From an uncultured virus (IMG/VR IMGVR_UViG_3300042901_000352) (Duplodnaviria > Heunggongvirae > Uroviricota > Caudoviricetes), in the IMG/VR virus record IMGVR_UViG_3300042901_000352: 64,000 nucleotides of DNA; one strand, given 5' to 3'. The position numbers were made by a program, and so were the translations under genes. Shown here in pieces: positions 57,924 to 64,000 of the stretch. The notes below the pieces were generated by a model. That model was not told the DNA's origin. It was given only the letters and a program-made list of their open reading frames with translations, and did not search any database. The number at the start of each line of letters is the position of its first letter. Position 1 is the first letter of the stretch.

Positions 57924-58787
57924 ATGGAACAACAAAGAACAGAAGAATGGTTTGAAAAACGCAAAGGTCGTATAACTGGTAGTAATGTTGGTGCAATCTT
58001 AGGGTTATCTCCCTTTATGAAACGTGAAGATGTTATGCGTAACATGGTTCGTGATTATCATAATTATCCTAGTGAATTTACTGGTAATCCAGCGACTAAC
58101 TATGGTACTTATCACGAGCCTATTGCGCTGGCTGACTATGAGTTAAAATTTAATAGAAAAGTGGAGCTTACTGGTTTTCACACATATGAAGATTGGCTTG
58201 GAGCATCACCAGATGGTTTGATTAATGATGATGGTTTGATTGAGATTAAATGCCCCTATGGTCAACGTGATAAAAACCCACCAGAATTTAAGTCTATAGA
58301 TTATCAAACTCATTACTGGCTACAGATACAAATCCAATTATTTGTTACTGGCAGGAAATGGTGTCATTTTTATCAATGGTCTGCACACGGTTACATGCTT
58401 GAAACAGTGCAATTTAATCCATTAGCTATTGAAGAATATTTACCAAAATTAAAAGACTTCTACAATGAATATCTTGTTGAGCGTGAACTTCCACAAGCAC
58501 AAAAGTATCTTGATGAAAAACGCCAACAGGTAAGATGTGAAGGTCAAGTTGAGCGTTATTTAATGATTGCAGAGCAGATAAAAGAACTTGAAGCAGAAAA
58601 GAAAAGATTATTGGATGAAATAGTTAAATTAGCTGATGGTAAAGATAGTGAAATTAATGGTCACAAATTAACACAAGTACACCGTGAAGGCGCTATATCC
58701 TACGCTAAAGCCATAAAAGAGCTAATGCCTGATGCAGACCTAACTAAATACCAGTCTGCTCCTAGTAGTTATTGGAGATTGACATGA
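57924..58787 (+). CDS. YqaJ/lambda-exonuclease family protein
   Basis: EW...RKGRITGS, GASPDG, EIKCP, QIQ.QL. Confidence 0.9.
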   Translation: MEQQRTEEWFEKRKGRITGSNVGAILGLSPFMKREDVMRNMVRDYHNYPSEFTGNPATNYGTYHEPIALADYELKFNRKVELTGFHTYEDWLGASPDGLINDDGLIEIKCPYGQRDKNPPEFKSIDYQTHYWLQIQIQLFVTGRKWCHFYQWSAHGYMLETVQFNPLAIEEYLPKLKDFYNEYLVERELPQAQKYLDEKRQQVRCEGQVERYLMIAEQIKELEAEKKRLLDEIVKLADGKDSEINGHKLTQVHREGAISYAKAIKELMPDADLTKYQSAPSSYWRLT

Positions 58788-60268
58788 GTGAATTAATTGA
58801 AATATTAATAAAAAGTATAAATGAACTTGATTTAGAAAAAAAAATAATTGCAATAAATGAAGTTAGAGAAAAAATACATTTAATAAGTCCTTTTAAAAAT
58901 GAACCTGTTGATTTTGTTAAATGGGTTAAAAATGAAAACGTATATCAAAATGATTACAATCCAAATAGTGTTGCTCCACCAGAAATGGAGTTACTTAGAT
59001 TATCTATTTCAGAAGATGGATATACACAACCTATAGTTTCTATGCCCGATGAAAGTGAAAAATATGAAGTTATTGACGGTTTTCATAGGCATAGAGTTGG
59101 AAAAGAATGTAAAGACATACAAGAAAAAATACTTGGATATCTTCCTATTGTACAAATAAGAGAAGATCAAAAAGATAAAACAGACAGAATGGCATCAACT
59201 ATTAGGCATAACAGAGCAAGAGGAAAACATAAAGTTGAATCTATGTCTGACATTGTTATTGAGCTTAGTAGAAGAAACTGGTCTGATGAAAAAATAGCTA
59301 AAAATCTTGGAATGGATTCTGATGAAGTTTTAAGATTAAAACAAATAAGCGGATTAGCTGAAATGTTTTTAGATGAAGATTTTTCTGAAGCATGGGATGA
59401 AGAAAAAAAAGATATATGGGTAAGGCAAAAGCCAAAACTTGCTGCTAAATGTGAAGATTATCCATTTTATCAGCCAAATATGGAATTCGAAGAATTAACT
59501 GTTTTGTTTGGATTATGGTATGCACAAGGAAAAACATGCGCTGGATTAATTGGGATAAGAGCAGATGAAAGTTTAAATAGATATAGAACTGTTGCTGTAT
59601 TTGATAAAAAAATGCATGGAAATAATAGATATACAACTTATATAGGCGACAATTTGTTTAATGTTTATCCAATTTATGATTGGAAAACAGAAGATATATG
59701 GAGATTTCATTCTAAGTTTAAAAACTTACCAAGCAATAAAATATATAACCATATGCACAAAGCTGGTGTTCCAATAAGCCAGCAAAGACTTTGTCAACCT
59801 TATGGAGATGATCAAAAAAAAGGATTATGGTTGTATCACATCCTTGAGCCTGAAACTTGGTTTAAATTAATAGCTAGAGTAAATGGAGCTAATTCAGGCG
59901 CACTTTATGTTCAAGAATCAGGCAATATAACTGGAAGAAATAAAATATCTAAACCTGAAAATCATACTTGGAAAAGTTTTTGTAATTTATTATTAAAGTC
60001 TTTGCCTAAAAAAAATAGAGATCATTATATAAAGCGATTTAGAGTTTTTATTAAAGGATGGAAACTAAGAGGATATAACGAAATACCTGATTTTGCTCCA
60101 AAGACTCTTGAAGATAAACAATGGGCGCCATCATATAGAAGATTATGCAAAGTTTTGTTAAGAAATGATTATTGGTGCAAAGATCTTGGATTAACTCAAC
60201 CAAAAAGTGATGCTTATGGAAAATACTTGCAGTTAAAAAAACAAAAAATAGTTGGCATTGAAGCATGA
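58784..60268 (+). CDS. IbrB (ParB-like) fused to C-terminal part of IbrA (PAPS-reductase-like/DUF3440)
   Basis: NDYNPNSVAPPE, DGFHR, STIRHNRARG; then GIRADES.NRY, YPIYDW, QRLCQPYG, LRNDYWC. Confidence 0.8.
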   Translation: MSELIEILIKSINELDLEKKIIAINEVREKIHLISPFKNEPVDFVKWVKNENVYQNDYNPNSVAPPEMELLRLSISEDGYTQPIVSMPDESEKYEVIDGFHRHRVGKECKDIQEKILGYLPIVQIREDQKDKTDRMASTIRHNRARGKHKVESMSDIVIELSRRNWSDEKIAKNLGMDSDEVLRLKQISGLAEMFLDEDFSEAWDEEKKDIWVRQKPKLAAKCEDYPFYQPNMEFEELTVLFGLWYAQGKTCAGLIGIRADESLNRYRTVAVFDKKMHGNNRYTTYIGDNLFNVYPIYDWKTEDIWRFHSKFKNLPSNKIYNHMHKAGVPISQQRLCQPYGDDQKKGLWLYHILEPETWFKLIARVNGANSGALYVQESGNITGRNKISKPENHTWKSFCNLLLKSLPKKNRDHYIKRFRVFIKGWKLRGYNEIPDFAPKTLEDKQWAPSYRRLCKVLLRNDYWCKDLGLTQPKSDAYGKYLQLKKQKIVGIEA

Positions 60269-62043
60269 AACTCCGCCCATACCAACAACAAGCACATGAT
60301 GCAGCTATAGATTGGATAAAGAAATGTACTGATCCTTGCGTATTAGAATTGCCAACAGGGAGTGGCAAATCTTTAATTGTTGCAGCAATAGCCAACACAT
60401 TGCACCAAGTTAGTGGTGGCAAACATATATTATGCCTTGTCCCATCAAAAGAGCTGTTAGAACAAAATGCAGAAAAATATAGAGATACTGGCAATCAATG
60501 CAGTTTGTTTAGTGCCAGTGTTGGTGAAACTTGTTTAAAACATCCAGTTGTTTTTGGAACACCAGTTAGTGTTAAAAATAAAATTCATCGTTTTGGTTCT
60601 AAATTCTGTGCGGTTGTACTTGATGAAGCACATCGTATCACACCAACAGTTAAAAGTATTATTGAATCTTTAGTTGCTTGTAATCCTAATCTGCGTGTAA
60701 TAGGTCTTAGTGCTACTCCATACAGACTTGGTGATGGATATATATATAGAATGGATGAGAATGGCAATGCTTATGGAAATGATAAAACTAAGAACCCTTA
60801 TTTTACTGCAAGAGTATTTACCGTTTACGCTCGTGATCTGATCCAGCAAGGATATTTAACACAGCCTGTTATTGGTGCAATTAATTCAGGTCATTATGAA
60901 ACATTAGATATGCAGCTTAATAGCATGGGTAAGTTTGCAAAGGCAGACGTTGATAGAGCCTATCATGGTCAAGGAAGGCTAACCAGTGCGATTGTAGGTG
61001 ATATTGTTTCGCAAGCAGTAAATAGACAAGGTGTGATGATTTTTGCTGCTACAGTGCAACATGCTCACGAGGTTATGCAGTCTTTACCACCAAGTTTATC
61101 TTGCATAGTTACAGGAGAAACACCTAAGTTGGAACGTGAACAAATACTGCGAAAATTCAAGTCTAAGCAATTAAAATATTTAGTTAATGTTTCTGTGCTT
61201 TGTGTTGGCTTTGACTGTGTACACGTTGATTTAATAGCTATTTTAAGAGCTACAGAGTCAGTTAGTTTACTTCAACAAATAATAGGAAGAGGACTTAGAA
61301 TTGATAACAACAAAGATGACTGTCTGATTCTTGATTATGCAGAAAATATTAGTCGTCATTGTACTGATGGGGATTTGTTTAATCCAGAAATTGAAGCATC
61401 AAGTAATTGTGGAGCTGGTGAAGCAATAGAAGCACAATGTCCAGAGTGCAGAGCAATAAATCAGTTTGCACCAGTAATTAATGAAGCAAAACATGAGATT
61501 GACATTAATGGATATTTTATTGATCTTGAAGGAATACGACTAGAAACAGAATATGGAGATATGCCAGCCCATCATGGCAGAAGATGCTTTGGTCAAGTAA
61601 TGAACAAAATAATTAGAAAGCAAGTTAGATGCCCATATAGATGGACTTTTAAACCATGCCCACATTGTGAAGAAGAGAATGACATTACTGCACGTTATTG
61701 CTGTAGTTGCAAAGGTGAATTGATTGATCCAAACAGTAAGTTAATTGCAGACTTCCAAATGAAAAAGAAAGACCCAACGCAAATACAGACTGACAAAGTT
61801 GTTGCAATGCGTGCAACACCTACACTAAGCAAAGCAGGTAACGAGTGCATAAGAGTTGATTTTATAACTGAATATAGATCATTCCCTGTTTGGTTTACGA
61901 TGAAAATGCAGAGTAGCTATGATGCTTTTATGAAGTTTACAGATAATGGTTTTACAACACCAAATACTATCACTTATAAAAAGAGTGGTGATTTTTTTAG
62001 GATATACGATTACAACAGGACAGCCGATGAAGTTCCACAGTGA
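60265..62043 (+). CDS. SF2 helicase (RadD/YejH-like) with Zn ribbons
   Basis: LRPYQ, PTGSGKS, DEAH, SATP, Q..GRGLR, CxxC pairs. Confidence 0.92.
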   Translation: MKLRPYQQQAHDAAIDWIKKCTDPCVLELPTGSGKSLIVAAIANTLHQVSGGKHILCLVPSKELLEQNAEKYRDTGNQCSLFSASVGETCLKHPVVFGTPVSVKNKIHRFGSKFCAVVLDEAHRITPTVKSIIESLVACNPNLRVIGLSATPYRLGDGYIYRMDENGNAYGNDKTKNPYFTARVFTVYARDLIQQGYLTQPVIGAINSGHYETLDMQLNSMGKFAKADVDRAYHGQGRLTSAIVGDIVSQAVNRQGVMIFAATVQHAHEVMQSLPPSLSCIVTGETPKLEREQILRKFKSKQLKYLVNVSVLCVGFDCVHVDLIAILRATESVSLLQQIIGRGLRIDNNKDDCLILDYAENISRHCTDGDLFNPEIEASSNCGAGEAIEAQCPECRAINQFAPVINEAKHEIDINGYFIDLEGIRLETEYGDMPAHHGRRCFGQVMNKIIRKQVRCPYRWTFKPCPHCEEENDITARYCCSCKGELIDPNSKLIADFQMKKKDPTQIQTDKVVAMRATPTLSKAGNECIRVDFITEYRSFPVWFTMKMQSSYDAFMKFTDNGFTTPNTITYKKSGDFFRIYDYNRTADEVPQ

Positions 62044-62449
62044 TATACAAGTTTTTGGTGATATTGAATTTAGAGGTGAATGTCCTTCTGAAGCTGCTGA
62101 AGCAGTAACATTCTTTGCAAAGTTAAGGAGAGAATATCCTGATAGTTATGGAAAGATTGCTACGCACATTAGGAATGAAGGATTGCGAACTTTCTACCAG
62201 GCAACTAAACAAAAGAGTGAAGGAATGGTGAAAGGCGCACCAGATATTATTATTCCAGCAAGCGTTGCGTTCGTCTGTGAATTAAAACGACAAGATCATA
62301 CACGTTCAAAATGGCAAGATGGACAGGTTGAATACCTGCTGGAAGCCCAGAAACAGGGAGCTTTTGTCTGTATTGGTCTAGGTTATGTTGGCGCATATGA
62401 AGCATTTATTTTCTGGAAAGATAAAAAATATTTGCAAAACGATAAATAA
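62027..62449 (+). CDS. VRR-NUC domain nuclease
   Basis: HIRNEG, EG...GAPD, ELK, Q..YL. Confidence 0.8.
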   Translation: MKFHSDIQVFGDIEFRGECPSEAAEAVTFFAKLRREYPDSYGKIATHIRNEGLRTFYQATKQKSEGMVKGAPDIIIPASVAFVCELKRQDHTRSKWQDGQVEYLLEAQKQGAFVCIGLGYVGAYEAFIFWKDKKYLQNDK

Positions 62450-62460
62450 TTGATTAATCT
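62432..62460 (+). promoter_or_regulatory. Sigma70-like promoter
   Basis: TTGCAA-17 nt-TAATCT before ORF 62499. Confidence 0.55.
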
Positions 62461-62498
62461 ATGCCCAACTTAACAAGAAATACAAAGGGGTAAATAAG

Positions 62499-63116
62499 AT
62501 GAGAATTAAAATATTAAAATCCGAAGCGTATAGTTACGAAGACTGCGATATTATCGCAGGTAAGTTTACAGCTTTTGGATGGGTTACTACCATCCAGATC
62601 ATGGATGATCATCGTGCTGTAATATCGCACGGCAACCGAGACACAGCGGTTATGGGAGACGCTGGTAAAATCTACGAGTTGGGAAACTCTAGGTATACAG
62701 AACAACCTGAACTCATGTTCAGTTTGTTTTTGGGTGGTGAAAAAATGCCACTCGAAATTGTGTCGGAAGTTTTAAATCTGACACAACACACCGCAACCGA
62801 AGAACAGGGTTGCATTGAACCCATTAACAAGGGAGCAGTACAATCTGCTCTAACTTTTGACGCTATACCAAGCGTTGAAGAGATGGAAGATAGGGCTTCC
62901 TTTTTAGTAAAAATTTGCAAGGAAGCAAATGTTACAAGTGCTATGATTGGTGGCGCACCTTTTTTTATGTCAACACTTGAAAAAGCGTTGTTGTCTAACG
63001 GCATACAGCCTTTGTATGCTTTTTCTGAACGTGTTTCAGAAGAAGTTATTAGTGCTGACGGCACTGTAACTAAAACTAACGTGTTTAAGCACGTTGGATT
63101 TGTAAAAATTAAATAA
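62499..63116 (+). CDS. Hypothetical protein with Csx20/Csx15-like C-terminal domain
   Basis: LNLTQHTAT.EQ, AMIGGAP, YAFSER.SEE..DG.V.K..VFKHVGF. Confidence 0.5.
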   Translation: MRIKILKSEAYSYEDCDIIAGKFTAFGWVTTIQIMDDHRAVISHGNRDTAVMGDAGKIYELGNSRYTEQPELMFSLFLGGEKMPLEIVSEVLNLTQHTATEEQGCIEPINKGAVQSALTFDAIPSVEEMEDRASFLVKICKEANVTSAMIGGAPFFMSTLEKALLSNGIQPLYAFSERVSEEVISADGTVTKTNVFKHVGFVKIK

Positions 63117-63164
63117 CCGCCCCAAGGATTGGGCATTAACTACAACTATAAAGAGAAGAACGAC

Positions 63165-63386
63165 ATGAACAATAAAACAGCAATTATATTAATACTATCA
63201 GCCTTTACAATAGGTGGTTTTATTGGCGCAACATACACCAATAACGACAAATCTAGCGTAATCCACAAAACCAGATCAGGTGCATTTATTATTCAAAAGA
63301 ATATAAAAGGTGAAGAGCAGATTTACCAAGTGCTAGAGTTACCTAGCAATGTTCCTTCATTTGTAACCCCAAGAGGTGAGTTCTAA
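63165..63386 (+). CDS. Small anchored/secreted protein, homologue of 25065-25304
   Basis: IHKTRSGAFI, IYQVLELPSN. Confidence 0.7.
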   Translation: MNNKTAIILILSAFTIGGFIGATYTNNDKSSVIHKTRSGAFIIQKNIKGEEQIYQVLELPSNVPSFVTPRGEF

Positions 63387-63721
63387 TGGAAGGTCCAGTA
63401 ACATACGATTGCATGGCAGAAGAGTTTGAGTATGAGTATGATGATGATCAAATTGGCATACAACTTCAAGTAGATGATCTGGTTGATAACATGCTAACCG
63501 ATTGTGAAATTGGTGGTACTATGATCGCACAATCTTTTGTTGATTATTGCCAAGCATTAATTAATGGCGAGATCATCGACAGCGATGGTTCAGAGTTTTT
63601 TCAAATCATAGAACATGCGGTTATTTCGCCAAGATTTGAAGATCGCCATGAGCCAATCAACCAACTTATTCAAACTGCTATGCACTGGCAGGCATTGAAA
63701 ACAGTTACATCCTTAGGGTAG
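63386..63721 (+). CDS. Hypothetical acidic protein
   Basis: ORF track. Confidence 0.6.
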   Translation: MEGPVTYDCMAEEFEYEYDDDQIGIQLQVDDLVDNMLTDCEIGGTMIAQSFVDYCQALINGEIIDSDGSEFFQIIEHAVISPRFEDRHEPINQLIQTAMHWQALKTVTSLG

Positions 63722-63730
63722 AAACCACTC

Positions 63731-63757
63731 GCCCAGCTTATGACTGGGCATTTTTTT
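63731..63757 (+). terminator. Intrinsic terminator
   Basis: GCCCAG..CTGGGC followed by a T-run. Confidence 0.7.
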
Positions 63758-63877
63758 GGATAAGATTATGAAAGACTATAAAAATAAACCAGTACACACA
63801 TTTACCAAACATCAAGAAATACAAATCTGGTGTTTGATTGCAGCAGGAATTATTTTAGCTATTGAGGCATGGTTACA

Positions 63878-64000
63878 ATGACACCAGAAGAACGCAAAGA
63901 AAAGCAAAGAGTTAGAATGTTGGAATATTATCACAGGAATAAGAAAGCTATAAATGTAAGAGTTGTTGCAAAACGTAAGTCAGATAAATTGAAAGAACTA
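63878..64000 (+). CDS. Partial basic protein (runs off window edge)
   Basis: MTPEERKEKQRVRMLEYYHRNK, similar in style to 29151 N-terminus. Confidence 0.5.
   Translation, partial: MTPEERKEKQRVRMLEYYHRNKKAINVRVVAKRKSDKLKEL

Noticed and set aside
62616..62644. Gapped match of tract 1/3 (last 10 NN units) to ORF 62499
   Set aside because: Only 15 of 20 specified bases match; a rough binomial estimate gives of order one such hit by chance in a window this size
1..64000. Integrase, att sites, tRNA or rRNA genes, host DNA
   Set aside because: None recognised by eye; tRNAscan-SE or Infernal would be needed to exclude RNA genes

Overview
The window is entirely phage-like and holds two separate tailed-phage gene sets; I saw no integrase, tRNA or host genes. 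Phage A (about 1-30,000) has a minus-strand morphogenesis operon (TerS, TerL, portal, GroES, scaffold, major capsid, adaptors, small basic proteins, RCC1-repeat fibres, sulfotransferase-TPR gene) and a plus-strand early region. Phage B (about 32,400-64,000) is podovirus-like, with lysis, ejection, tail, capsid, portal, PBSX-type terminase, primase-helicase and a Sak4/SSB/YqaJ/helicase/VRR-NUC module. The most notable locus is 27,361-28,954: a non-coding array of five tracts of NN-AGC pentamers separated by four near-identical 55-nt hairpin repeats. It lies directly upstream of a stand-alone Cas7/RAMP-like gene and a winged-helix-like gene, and looks like a non-CRISPR RNA-guided system. Other highlights are a GIY-YIG homing endonuclease that splits a sulfotransferase gene next to a recoded duplicate N-terminus, an Acb2/Tad1-like candidate, a Csx20-like candidate, an IbrB-IbrA fusion, and several structured non-coding elements. 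All family calls come from motif recognition by eye; no searches were run.
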